Source: Eubacteriaceae bacterium
GTDB taxonomy: Bacteria > Bacillota > Clostridia > Eubacteriales > Eubacteriaceae
Direction of reading: 5' to 3'
DNA length: 64,000 bases
Assembly (NCBI GenBank): GCA_051649025.1
Contig: JBOFGH010000003.1
Coordinates: forward strand, 4,261 to 68,260
Positions within the stretch are counted from its first letter, which is position 1, and each line of letters starts with the position of its first letter. The position numbers were made by a program, and so were the translations under genes. The notes under the pieces were generated by a model, which searched no databases, had not been told where the DNA came from, and saw only the letters and a list, made by a program, of their open reading frames with translations. Shown piece by piece: positions 33,834 to 43,022 of the stretch.

Positions 33834-35564
33834 TTATTGTTGTATAATCCGCTTGAGATATGACATGACGACCTCGGCAAAGTGACTCATGTTTTTGGAA
33901 TAAATGAAATCTTTGTCATAAATAATCTTTTCCCCTGGGAGATCATACGGGCTACCTGTAAAAACCCCAAGAACCATTATGCCTCGTTGCCGAGCTAAAC
34001 GGACTTCTTTTGCGGTATCAGCAATTGCCAATCCTCCTGTATAGGCTGTTTCTCCCCGAAAAAGGTCTTGTTTTTCTTTTGGAATTAACTTAATATCATT
34101 TGGTTTGCCGTCACTAAGAATGATTAGAATTTTGTTTTCCTCAGGTCGCCGATAGAGTTGGTGGCAAACACCTTTTATAGCTAAACCATCGCGATTAGAT
34201 CCAACACACCGATATTCAAAGATGTTGGAGTTTTGAGAAGAGGGATCGTTATAATCGCGAAAACGCTTTATGATGGTGTAATTCATAAAAGAAGAAAAAC
34301 AGGAAACACGGCAGGGGATTCTAGCTTCTAGAAGGGCTTGGGCAACAATATAAGCTTGTATAGAAACATCGGATTCCCGATTTTGTTGGGAACTGCTAGC
34401 ATCCATCAAAAGATCAACAACAAAATTTCCTTTGTCATTATTTTGATTTTGGTGAAAGATTTTAGGATAAGGACTTCGTCCAACTCGCCAGACTCGGTTT
34501 GCGGCAAGTTTACCTTGCATACTTTGAAAGGTGTAAGTGCTGCGTTCACTAATTAGGGTTCGGAGTAAACCATCACGAAGGCGAGCGATGGTTCGCTGAT
34601 ACAAAAGTTGATTATTTTTAAAAGCACGCCAATTTTTCTCGGTATCTCGTTTGGCGTATTTTTTCTGAAAGTCACTTGGGGAATTGCTCCGCAAAAGACC
34701 ATCGGTAAAATGGAGTTTACAATCTAAATGAACACCTCGACACAAAAGATGTTGTAATTTTTTTGTTTCGAGGTTACTAAGAAAAGAGGAACCATAATAA
34801 TGAGCAACTTGTTTCTTAATGTTTTTACTGGATTCAGAATCAACATAGATTGTTTTTGCATCGGCCACTTTGCTAGAATGAGACCCTTCCTTACCTTTTT
34901 TTGAAGAGAGAAGGGAATTACTAATAAAACCCTCTATTTCTGATACTAAGGCAACCTTTAATGGTGGTTTTTCTGAGAAATCTAATTTTTCAAAAGGAGT
35001 ATGAGGGATTGTTTTGAAAAAATCGAGATAGATCATATCAACGTTTTCTAAAAAATCAAGGGTTGATTCATGCCTTTCTAGCATTAAAATCTTTTGAATG
35101 AAAGGGTCAAGCTCCTCAGATTGTGGGAAAGGAGCATTGGAAAAATGCTGAATAAACCTATGTGAAACGTCTTCTATGAATGTGTTTTCTCTTGGGGTAT
35201 CTTTAATTTTGAGGATTTCATGATAGGCTTTTTCGCGAATATCAAAAACACCAGGACGTTCAGATTGCAATTGACGGAAAGAAATAAGGTCGCTACCCAT
35301 TTGGAGGATTGGTAAAAGAAATTCTTTATTAAATCCTTGGTTGATGCGTAAATAAAAATAGCGATTGATTAATGGCCAGTCCAAATATTTTCGTCGAGCA
35401 CCTGCCATTATTCCATAATAAAGAGCGATTTCCTTCGAGGCATATTGTATTTTTTCTTTTTCGGACATAAAGGCGCTATAATCTCCGGAAACGGTCCAAA
35501 GAAGATTGTTGATACGATTGTTATTTTCGTAATCATTCCATTGCCCTTGAAAATTTTTTGACAT
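33834..35564 (-). CDS. von Willebrand factor A (vWA) domain protein, NorD/CobT-like
   Basis: 576-aa ORF. The C-terminal vWA domain has the MIDAS motif DASSS (VVDLLMDASSSQ) and ILSDGKPND. The long N-terminal region is of unknown function. Confidence 0.7.
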   Translation of the reverse strand: MSKNFQGQWNDYENNNRINNLLWTVSGDYSAFMSEKEKIQYASKEIALYYGIMAGARRKYLDWPLINRYFYLRINQGFNKEFLLPILQMGSDLISFRQLQSERPGVFDIREKAYHEILKIKDTPRENTFIEDVSHRFIQHFSNAPFPQSEELDPFIQKILMLERHESTLDFLENVDMIYLDFFKTIPHTPFEKLDFSEKPPLKVALVSEIEGFISNSLLSSKKGKEGSHSSKVADAKTIYVDSESSKNIKKQVAHYYGSSFLSNLETKKLQHLLCRGVHLDCKLHFTDGLLRSNSPSDFQKKYAKRDTEKNWRAFKNNQLLYQRTIARLRDGLLRTLISERSTYTFQSMQGKLAANRVWRVGRSPYPKIFHQNQNNDKGNFVVDLLMDASSSQQNRESDVSIQAYIVAQALLEARIPCRVSCFSSFMNYTIIKRFRDYNDPSSQNSNIFEYRCVGSNRDGLAIKGVCHQLYRRPEENKILIILSDGKPNDIKLIPKEKQDLFRGETAYTGGLAIADTAKEVRLARQRGIMVLGVFTGSPYDLPGEKIIYDKDFIYSKNMSHFAEVVMSYLKRIIQQ

Positions 35565-35726
35565 GAAAAAACACCACCTAATTTTTTTCTCTTTGCTACT
35601 ATAATGAGGTTAGCTTAATATATTAGGGTATAAAAGTAAAGAGAATTTCCAGTTTTTTATTTACAACAGGAAAAAGATGTGCTAACATTAGTTAGATAAA
35701 ACTAACAAAAATAAAAGGAGAGAATA

Positions 35727-36530
35727 ATGGAATTTTTAATGAATTATCCACCAGTCCTTTTGGCCCTTTTGGCAGGATTGTTTACTTGGGGTGTTACAGC
35801 ACTTGGGGCTGGTATGGTTTTCTTCTTTAAGGAGATTAATATAAAGGTTCTCAATGGGATGTTGGGGTTTGCTTCGGGAGTCATGATTGCAGCGAGTTTT
35901 TGGTCGTTATTAGCTCCAGCGATTGTGATGGCGGAAGGAGGCGCATTGCCACCCTACTTAGTGGTTGCCATTGGATTTTTAGGAGGCGGATTTTTTTTGT
36001 GGGTAGTCGATCGAGTGTTACCACATATTCACCAGGGGACGGGACATCAAGAAGGAGTTAAAACATCGTGGCAACGGTCAGTGCTTTTAGTTTTAGCAAT
36101 CACTTTTCATAATATACCAGAAGGTTTAGCTGTTGGCGTTGCATTTGGAGGACTGGCCATTGGAAATTCTGCAATAACCCTAACAGGAGCGATTTCTCTA
36201 GCATTGGGAATTGGACTTCAAAACTTTCCAGAAGGTGCGGCAGTATCGATTCCTTTGCGTCGAGAAAAGATGAGTCGAACAAAGTCCTTCCTCGTTGGAC
36301 AATTTTCTGGAATGGTTGAACCAATAGCGGCTGTTTTAGGGGCCGCAGCAGTTGTTTATATCACGCCGTTATTACCCTATGCATTAGCATTTGCAGCTGG
36401 AGCAATGATTTATGTTGTTGCAGAGGAACTGATTCCAGAGTCTCAATTGGGACATGAAGGGGATATTGCAACCGTAGGCTTAATGGTTGGATTTACGCTG
36501 ATGATGGTTTTAGATGTTGCATTGGGATAA
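35727..36530 (+). CDS. ZIP-family divalent metal transporter
   Basis: 267-aa ORF with [10 protein letters not shown] and [10 protein letters not shown] motifs, typical of ZupT/ZIP transporters. Confidence 0.85.
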   Translation: MEFLMNYPPVLLALLAGLFTWGVTALGAGMVFFFKEINIKVLNGMLGFASGVMIAASFWSLLAPAIVMAEGGALPPYLVVAIGFLGGGFFLWVVDRVLPHIHQGTGHQEGVKTSWQRSVLLVLAITFHNIPEGLAVGVAFGGLAIGNSAITLTGAISLALGIGLQNFPEGAAVSIPLRREKMSRTKSFLVGQFSGMVEPIAAVLGAAAVVYITPLLPYALAFAAGAMIYVVAEELIPESQLGHEGDIATVGLMVGFTLMMVLDVALG

Positions 36531-36534
36531 CAAA

Positions 36535-36568
36535 CAAAAAAAGAGAAAGTAAAAACTTTCTCTTTTTA
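36535..36568. terminator. bidirectional intrinsic terminator
   Basis: AGAGAAAGT-AAAA-ACTTTCTCT hairpin flanked by an A-run and a T-run, between convergent genes. Confidence 0.7.
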
Positions 36569-36576
36569 AAATTTTG

Positions 36577-37119
36577 TTATTTACTTGAACAAGTGGCTGC
36601 AAACAGGGTAATGCCACCAAAAACTAAATAGACACCAACAATAATATCATAAGCTAAAAGCATGATAAAGGGGTTAAAGATAAAGAAGAAGGATAAAATA
36701 ATGTTCAATACCCCAGAAGCGGTTAACCAACCTGTTTTTTCAGCACCTGCTTTTTTAGAAGCAGAAGCAACCCCAATTTGATTAACACCAGTCATCATAC
36801 ATAAAAAGCCGATCATAAATGCAAAAGTATCTGCTTTTGCAAGTGGTGGAGAAACAATGAGCAATACGCCTAGGATAAGGGAAATAATTCCTGAAGCGAG
36901 AGCCCATCCATTTTTAACGGTTGCTTTGGCATAAGAATAAATAAGAAATATTCCGTAAACAATAATGCCAGAAATAAAAAGCCAAATAATGACCCCTGTA
37001 GAAAATACAGGAGCAAAGAAACACCCGATACCTAATAGAACCAAAACAATTGAAATAAGAATACCAAGAACTTTGTGACCTTTGGTTAGCTCACTAAATT
37101 CGTGTTTAAATGGGTCCAT
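36577..37119 (-). CDS. HdeD/DUF308-like membrane protein
   Basis: 180-aa ORF with six TM segments and a repeated small-residue pattern resembling the HdeD family. Confidence 0.5.
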   Translation of the reverse strand: MDPFKHEFSELTKGHKVLGILISIVLVLLGIGCFFAPVFSTGVIIWLFISGIIVYGIFLIYSYAKATVKNGWALASGIISLILGVLLIVSPPLAKADTFAFMIGFLCMMTGVNQIGVASASKKAGAEKTGWLTASGVLNIILSFFFIFNPFIMLLAYDIIVGVYLVFGGITLFAATCSSK

Positions 37120-37266
37120 GCGTTCACCTCTTTCTAAATTTTTACGGATTCATTGTATAATATTAATCAAAAAAAAGCAAGGTACTTAACAAGAAAAAGG
37201 AAAGAAATGATCATAAATTGAATGTTAGGAACAAAAAGAAAAATTAAAGAAAATAAGGAGATAGCG

Positions 37267-38100
37267 ATGCTAACAATTGGACCACATATATCCATTGCCA
37301 ATGGATTTACGAAAGCAGGAAAAGAGGCCTTAACGGTAGAAGCAAATACTTTTCAATTTTTCACCCGAAATCCTAGGGGCGGAAAAGCAAAAGCAATTGA
37401 TGAAAAAGATGTAAAGGGACTGATTGAAATAATGGATAAAAATGGGTTTGGACCGTTGCTAGCCCATGCCCCCTACACCTTAAATATGTGCTCGAGTAGT
37501 CCAGAAACGAGGGCTTTTGCAAGAATGGTTTTTAAGGAAGATTTGGAGCGTTTGGACATGTTGCCTTGCCATTTGTATAATTTACATCCCGGAAATCATA
37601 CAGGACAGGGCGTTGAAAAGGGAATTGACTTAATTGCAGAAATATTAAATTCAGAAATGAAAGAAACCCAGAAAACAACGGTTTTGTTAGAAGCAATGTC
37701 AGGAAAAGGAACGGAAATAGGTAAGAGCTTTGAAGAGCTAAAAATGATTATTGATCAAGTTGAATTGAAAGAGCATATGGGCATTTGCATTGATACCTGC
37801 CATATTTTCTCTGGAGGATATGATATTGTGAATGCTTTGGATGAGGTGATTGAGAGGTTTGATAGAATGGTGGGAATCAATTATCTAAAGGCAATTCATC
37901 TCAATGATAGCTTAACCCCATTTTCAAGCCATAAAGATCGTCATGAGAAAATTGGGAATGGCTCTATTGGAAGGGAGGCTTTTGAAAAAATTGTCACACA
38001 TCCTGTTTTAAAGAACTTACCTTTCTTCTTGGAAACACCCCAGAAAAATTTTGTGGATTATAAAAAAGAAATTGAATTATTAAGAGGATGTTCAATTTAA
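37267..38100 (+). CDS. nfo: endonuclease IV (deoxyribonuclease IV)
   Basis: The ATG at 37267 (MLTIGPHIS...) lies within the 37222 ORF and follows AGGAG. Motifs: FQFFTRNPRGG, HAPY..N, LHPG.H, CIDTCH, HLNDS. Confidence 0.9.
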   Translation: MLTIGPHISIANGFTKAGKEALTVEANTFQFFTRNPRGGKAKAIDEKDVKGLIEIMDKNGFGPLLAHAPYTLNMCSSSPETRAFARMVFKEDLERLDMLPCHLYNLHPGNHTGQGVEKGIDLIAEILNSEMKETQKTTVLLEAMSGKGTEIGKSFEELKMIIDQVELKEHMGICIDTCHIFSGGYDIVNALDEVIERFDRMVGINYLKAIHLNDSLTPFSSHKDRHEKIGNGSIGREAFEKIVTHPVLKNLPFFLETPQKNFVDYKKEIELLRGCSI

Positions 38101-38155
38101 TAATGGTTTTATAGATAAAAGTTCCTTTATAAAAAACGATTTTTTCAATTTGGAC

Positions 38156-38210
38156 TTGCAATAGGAACCGATAGATGCTAAAATATTGTCAATAAGTGAG
38201 CAAGTGTTCA
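38156..38210 (+). promoter_or_regulatory. promoter (TTGCAA-17-TAAAAT) plus imperfect palindrome TGAGCAAGTGTTCA (candidate ArsR/SmtB operator)
   Basis: -35 at 38156-38161, -10 at 38179-38184, and the palindrome at 38197-38210, immediately upstream of the ArsR-family gene. Confidence 0.5.
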
Positions 38211-38227
38211 CATATTAAGGAGTAGAA

Positions 38228-38539
38228 ATGGATAAAGTTTTGAAAAACAACCATTCACCGGAAGTATTGTCTGAAGTCGCAGATTTTTTTAAAGTATTGG
38301 GAGATCCAACACGTATAAAAATTGTAACGGCCCTTTATGAACATGGAGAACTATGTGTTGGAGACATCGTAAGCCTAATGGATGTTACTCGAACAGCGGT
38401 TTCCCATCAGTTGCGTCTCTTGAAAGATAAGCGCATCATAAACTTTCGGAAAGAGGGACAATTAAAGTATTACCGTTTGGATGATCACCATGTGGAGGAA
38501 ATTGTTCTTCTAACCATTACACATTTAACGCATCAGTAG
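38228..38539 (+). CDS. ArsR/SmtB-family metal-responsive repressor
   Basis: 103-aa ORF with FKVLGDPTRIKIV..L...ELCVGDI......T..AVSHQLR.LK motifs. Confidence 0.85.
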   Translation: MDKVLKNNHSPEVLSEVADFFKVLGDPTRIKIVTALYEHGELCVGDIVSLMDVTRTAVSHQLRLLKDKRIINFRKEGQLKYYRLDDHHVEEIVLLTITHLTHQ

Positions 38540-38573
38540 ATGTACTGCTGTTATTGGGAGAAGAGGGAAAATA

Positions 38574-40724
38574 ATGAAACTGTATTTAGAAGGCCTTAAT
38601 TGTGCTAATTGCGCAGGTAAAATTGAGAAAATAGTGAGTAAGTTTGATGGGGTTGCAGAAGCAAGTATTTCATTGGCAACAGGAGCATTAAGTATTACAG
38701 AAGAAAAAGGTTTTGAAGAAGAAAAAACCTATGAAGCTGTGGTTAAGCTGGTAAAAGAATTAGAACCTGATGTCGTTGTGGCAAAGACTAAAAGAGATCT
38801 TGGAAAAACAGAGACCTGTAACTGTGGTGAAAATCATAGTAAAAAAGAACATTATCAAGGTGACATGAGTAGAAGGAAAAAAATAGAGCTCACTTCTGCA
38901 ATTGGGCTTTTTATTTTTGGTTTTCTCCTTCAAGCTATTTTGCCAGAAGGTTTGGAATTCATTTCGATTGGTGTGTTTTTAGGAGCCTACTTTTTAGCAG
39001 GGTATGATGTGATTCGATTGGCCTTTAAAAACATTGGACATGGCCAAATTTTTGATGAAAACTTTTTAATGACGATTGCAACTTTTGGGGCTCTCATTTT
39101 GATGGAGTGGCCAGAAGCCGCAGGTGTTATGATTTTCTTTGGAATTGGGGAATATTTTCAAGACAAAGCAGTGGACAATGCAAGAAGATCAATTGCCAAA
39201 GCAATTAATTTTAATGCCAACACTGCGAATCGAATAACATCAAAGGGTATCGTGGAAATTGATGCAAAAGAGGTTAAAGTTGGGGATGTTTTAGTCATAA
39301 AACCTGGTGAAAAAGTCCCAGCAGATGGAAAAGTATTGAAAGGAATGTCCTATATTGATACGTCTCCCTTAACTGGAGAATCTTACCCACGCAAGGTGGA
39401 AAAGGGAGATGAAGTATTAAGTGGTATGATTAATGGCAGTGAGATGATTCAAATGCTGGTCACGAAGGATTACGAGAATTCTACTGCAATGAGGATTATC
39501 CACCTAATTGAGGAAGCGAATGATAAAAAAGGAAAAACAGAAAAATTTATTACAAAGTTTTCCCGTTTTTATACACCCATCGTTGTTTTTTTAGCCCTTG
39601 GAATGGCAATATTACCGCCTTTATTAATTCCAGGAGCACTATGGGAAACCTGGTTTTATCAAAGCTTAATTTTTCTAGTGGTCTCTTGTCCTTGCGCTTT
39701 GGTGCTTTCGATTCCGATTAGTTATTTTGGAGGTATCGGTCGTGCTTCAAAAGAGGGGATTTTAATTAAAGGTGGAAACTATCTGGATGTTCTCTACGGG
39801 AGCAATGTTTTTGTATTTGATAAAACAGGAACACTTACCAAAGGCGAGTTTAAGGTACTAGAATTGAAAATCCCTAAAGAGGTAGAAAAAAAAGATGTTC
39901 TTGAATTAGGGAATGCTGGGGAGTATTATTCGAATCACCCCATTGGTAAAGCCATTAAATGCTATGAAAAAACGATGGTTTTAGAGAAAGATATCCAAGA
40001 TTATCAAGAGATTCCAGGAAAAGGAACGAAGGTAATTTACAAAGGTAGGCCAATTTATTTGGGGAATAGAAATTTTCTTCTTGAAAATGGAATTAAGGTT
40101 CCGGAAATGGAAGAGAACGGAACCGTTGTATATTTAGGGAGAGATCAACAGTATATGGGTTCTTTTTTGCTAGGAGACGAATCGAAACCAAATGCAAAAA
40201 TCACCCTTGAAAAGCTAAAAAAACGAGGCATAAAAGAAAATATCATGTTAAGTGGTGACAACCTTAAAACCGCCAAAAGTGTAGGGGAAAAATTAGGGTT
40301 AGATCGAGTCATTGGAGACTGCTTACCTGAGGATAAAGTAAAAGAGCTTGAAAAAATTATGGAGACCAATAAAAAAGGAAAAACAATTTATGTTGGAGAC
40401 GGCATGAATGATGCTCCAGTTTTGGCATTAGCCGATGCAGGAATAGCAATGGGTGGATTAGGTTCTGATGCAGCGATTGAAGCTGCGGATATTATTTTGA
40501 TGAAGGATGACCCTCTTGATATTGTTAAATCTGTTGATATTGCAAAGTTCACACGAAAAATTATGATACAAAACATTGTTTTAGCCTTAGGAATCAAGAT
40601 TTTTGTGTTAGGTTTGACTGTATTAGGATTAGGAGAATTGTATCTAGCAATTTTTGCGGATGTCGGTGCTGCAATATTGACAATTCTTAATACATCACGA
40701 ATTTTGAAATACAGAGGAAAGTGA
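38574..40724 (+). CDS. heavy-metal (Cd/Zn/Co-type) translocating P1B-type ATPase
   Basis: 716-aa ORF with an N-terminal HMA domain (CANCAGKIE), TGES, a transmembrane CPC motif (SCPCALV), DKTGTLT and GDGMNDAP. Confidence 0.9.
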   Translation: MKLYLEGLNCANCAGKIEKIVSKFDGVAEASISLATGALSITEEKGFEEEKTYEAVVKLVKELEPDVVVAKTKRDLGKTETCNCGENHSKKEHYQGDMSRRKKIELTSAIGLFIFGFLLQAILPEGLEFISIGVFLGAYFLAGYDVIRLAFKNIGHGQIFDENFLMTIATFGALILMEWPEAAGVMIFFGIGEYFQDKAVDNARRSIAKAINFNANTANRITSKGIVEIDAKEVKVGDVLVIKPGEKVPADGKVLKGMSYIDTSPLTGESYPRKVEKGDEVLSGMINGSEMIQMLVTKDYENSTAMRIIHLIEEANDKKGKTEKFITKFSRFYTPIVVFLALGMAILPPLLIPGALWETWFYQSLIFLVVSCPCALVLSIPISYFGGIGRASKEGILIKGGNYLDVLYGSNVFVFDKTGTLTKGEFKVLELKIPKEVEKKDVLELGNAGEYYSNHPIGKAIKCYEKTMVLEKDIQDYQEIPGKGTKVIYKGRPIYLGNRNFLLENGIKVPEMEENGTVVYLGRDQQYMGSFLLGDESKPNAKITLEKLKKRGIKENIMLSGDNLKTAKSVGEKLGLDRVIGDCLPEDKVKELEKIMETNKKGKTIYVGDGMNDAPVLALADAGIAMGGLGSDAAIEAADIILMKDDPLDIVKSVDIAKFTRKIMIQNIVLALGIKIFVLGLTVLGLGELYLAIFADVGAAILTILNTSRILKYRGK

Positions 40725-40846
40725 TAAAAAACCTTTTGTTATAAAATAGACTTGTGTTAGAATAGAAAAACCTGACAACATAATAATTGAGCAGTTTGTG
40801 GTAGAATTAGGGCTTTTAGGAATTGAATAGTGGAAAGGGGTAAAAA

Positions 40847-41755
40847 GTGAGTCAAAAAATAGATGTCTCAACGAGTAATAAAAAAATAGCTTTAAGGGTC
40901 TCTTTTATTTCAATCGTTGTTAATTTAGGTTTATCAATATTTAAGCTTTTCGCTGGATTTATTGCGGGTTCAGGGGCGATGATTTCGGATGCCGTACACT
41001 CCGCGTCCGATGTGATATCAACCTTTGTTGTAATTATTGGCGTTAACATTTCGGGGAAAAAAGCAGATGATAAACATCAGTATGGTCACGATCGTTTAGA
41101 GTGTGTGGCGGCGATTGTACTATCGTTAATCCTTTTTGGAACCGGGATTGGGATTGGCTATACCGGCATTGAAAAGATACTAAATGCATCAACGACTAAT
41201 TTAGAAGTTCCTGGGTTGTTGGCACTTGTTGCGGCCATTATTTCTATTGGAGTTAAAGAATGGATGTATTGGTTTACAAAAAGTGCTGCCAAGAAAATTA
41301 ATTCTGGAGCATTGCAAGCAGATGCTTGGCATCATCGATCCGATGCCCTTTCCTCTGTTGGGAGTCTTGTTGGTATTGCAGGGGCACGATTGGGCTTTCC
41401 AATTATGGACCCCATTGCGGCGGTGATCATAGCGGTATTGATTGTAAAAGCAGCATATGATATTGGAAAAGATAGCATTGATAAAATGCTTGATAGCTCA
41501 ATCGACCAAGAAACTGAAGAGGAAATACGTGAAATTGTGATGAATCAACCTGGGGTTGAACAAATTGATTTACTTAAAACGAGAGCTTTTGCCTCTCGAT
41601 TCTATGTGGATCTTGAAATTGCAGTGGATGGTCGTCTCGATCTATACCAAGCCCACGAGATTTCAGAGTGTGTTCATGATATTTTAGAAGAAAAAATTCC
41701 AACGATTATTCACTGTATGATCCATGTAAATCCATATGAGCAGAGGGTATCTTAA
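40847..41755 (+). CDS. cation diffusion facilitator (CDF) family transporter
   Basis: 302-aa ORF with a GTG start. Motifs are HSASDVIS, HxxxD (HHRSDALSS) and a C-terminal cytoplasmic domain. Confidence 0.85.
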   Translation: MSQKIDVSTSNKKIALRVSFISIVVNLGLSIFKLFAGFIAGSGAMISDAVHSASDVISTFVVIIGVNISGKKADDKHQYGHDRLECVAAIVLSLILFGTGIGIGYTGIEKILNASTTNLEVPGLLALVAAIISIGVKEWMYWFTKSAAKKINSGALQADAWHHRSDALSSVGSLVGIAGARLGFPIMDPIAAVIIAVLIVKAAYDIGKDSIDKMLDSSIDQETEEEIREIVMNQPGVEQIDLLKTRAFASRFYVDLEIAVDGRLDLYQAHEISECVHDILEEKIPTIIHCMIHVNPYEQRVS

Positions 41756-41847
41756 TCATTAGCGAGTAAGTCAATGGAGACAAATATTTAGAATGGATAT
41801 TTTAATAATGAGGATTATTGTTTTAGGAAAACTCATGATGTAGTCAA

Positions 41848-41872
41848 GGGATCGATGTCGATCCCTTTTTTT
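41848..41872 (+). terminator. intrinsic terminator
   Basis: GGGATCG-ATGT-CGATCCC hairpin followed by T7. Confidence 0.8.
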
Positions 41873-41893
41873 ATAAAAAATGGAAGCGTTTAC

Positions 41894-41948
41894 TTGACAA
41901 AGTTTTAAAGAAGGTGTATTATGATCATAACAACTTGTACACACAAGT
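41894..41948 (+). promoter_or_regulatory. consensus promoter (TTGACA-17-TATTAT) followed by perfect palindrome ACTTGT-ACAC-ACAAGT
   Basis: -35 at 41894-41899, -10 at 41917-41922, and the palindrome at 41933-41948, overlapping the expected transcription start of the corrinoid-protein gene. Confidence 0.55.
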
Positions 41949-42003
41949 CATACATGTGCTTTTTAGAGACAATTAAATTTTTTAAAAAGGAAGGGTAGAA
42001 AGA

Positions 42004-42633
42004 ATGTTAGATTTAAAAGTATTAACACAAGCAGTTGGAGATTTAGAAGAAGAAGATGTAATGGACCTACTCAATGAGTTTGTAGAAACAAATCCATCAG
42101 AGGCAGAAGCCCAAGAAGCGGTTGCTGCTTGCCAAAGCGGAATGGCAATTGTAGGAGATTTATTTGAAAAAGGCGAATATTTCGTTGGAGATCTTATTTT
42201 TGCAGGCGAATTATTAACTGAAGCAATTAATGTATTAAAACCAGTATTAGGAAGTGAAGATACTGCAGTTGCAGGTACAATCGTTCTTGGGACAGTTCAT
42301 GGGGATTTACATGATATTGGAAAAAATATTTTCAAGAGCATGTCAGAAGCAGCAGGTTTTGAAGTGGTTGATCTTGGGATTGATGTTGCACCAGAAACTT
42401 TTGTTGAAAAAGCAAAAGAGTGTAATCCATTAGTTATTGGAATGAGTGGGGTTTTAACTCTGGCGATTGATTCAATGAAAGAAACCGTTGACGCACTTAA
42501 AGCAGCAGGGGTAGACGCTAAAGTTATTATTGGAGGAAATCCTGTAACCAAAGAGTCTTGTGAATTTGTTGGGGCAGATGCATTCACTACAAACGCAGCA
42601 GAAGGCGTAAAAATGTGCCAAGCTTGGGTATAA
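42004..42633 (+). CDS. corrinoid (B12)-binding protein
   Basis: 209-aa ORF with the DxHxxG motif (GDLHDIGKNIF), GMSGVL and a C-terminal GADAFT..A.EGV pattern. Confidence 0.85.
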   Translation: MLDLKVLTQAVGDLEEEDVMDLLNEFVETNPSEAEAQEAVAACQSGMAIVGDLFEKGEYFVGDLIFAGELLTEAINVLKPVLGSEDTAVAGTIVLGTVHGDLHDIGKNIFKSMSEAAGFEVVDLGIDVAPETFVEKAKECNPLVIGMSGVLTLAIDSMKETVDALKAAGVDAKVIIGGNPVTKESCEFVGADAFTTNAAEGVKMCQAWV

Positions 42634-42657
42634 TCAAGAAACATAAATAATTATGAC

Positions 42658-42706
42658 TAAGAAGATGAAATTTGCAAAAGCAAATTTTATCTTCTTATTT
42701 TTTTTC
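42658..42706 (+). terminator. intrinsic terminator
   Basis: 18-bp stem (TAAGAAGATGAAATTTGC / GCAAATTTTATCTTCTTA) followed by T8. Confidence 0.8.
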
Positions 42707-42869
42707 GAAAAAATTATAAAATCGTCAATAAGACATTAAAATTCTTACTTATTACAAGGGTAACGTTTAAAAATGCACAAAATTAATTAATTTTTAATTG
42801 AGAATCATATTTTCTAAGAAGTGTCCTATACTTAGCCTAAATATTTAACTTGAGGAGGTATATTTTGAT

Positions 42870-43022
42870 ATGGAAAAAAGATTTGATTTAAAAGGAAAGT
42901 TGCTTAAAACAGTAGCTAAAGTGGCTCACAAAACAGCAGTGAAGGATGCAAATACGGCTTGCTTGGTATATAATCACCAAGAAAAATTACCAGAAAAGGT
43001 AACTAAACTTCGCAAATTTTAA
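42870..43022 (+). CDS. agrD: AgrD-like autoinducing-peptide precursor (50 aa; below the ORF-track size cutoff)
   Basis: Hand translation gives MEKRFDLKGKLLKTVAKVAHKTAVKDANTACLVYNHQEKLPEKVTKLRKF. There is a GAGGAGG RBS 9 nt upstream, and the stop overlaps the agrB start (TAATG). The product has an amphipathic N-terminal leader, a single Cys, and a charged proline-containing tail (EKLPEKV), as in AgrD-family precursors. Confidence 0.6.
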   Translation: MEKRFDLKGKLLKTVAKVAHKTAVKDANTACLVYNHQEKLPEKVTKLRKF

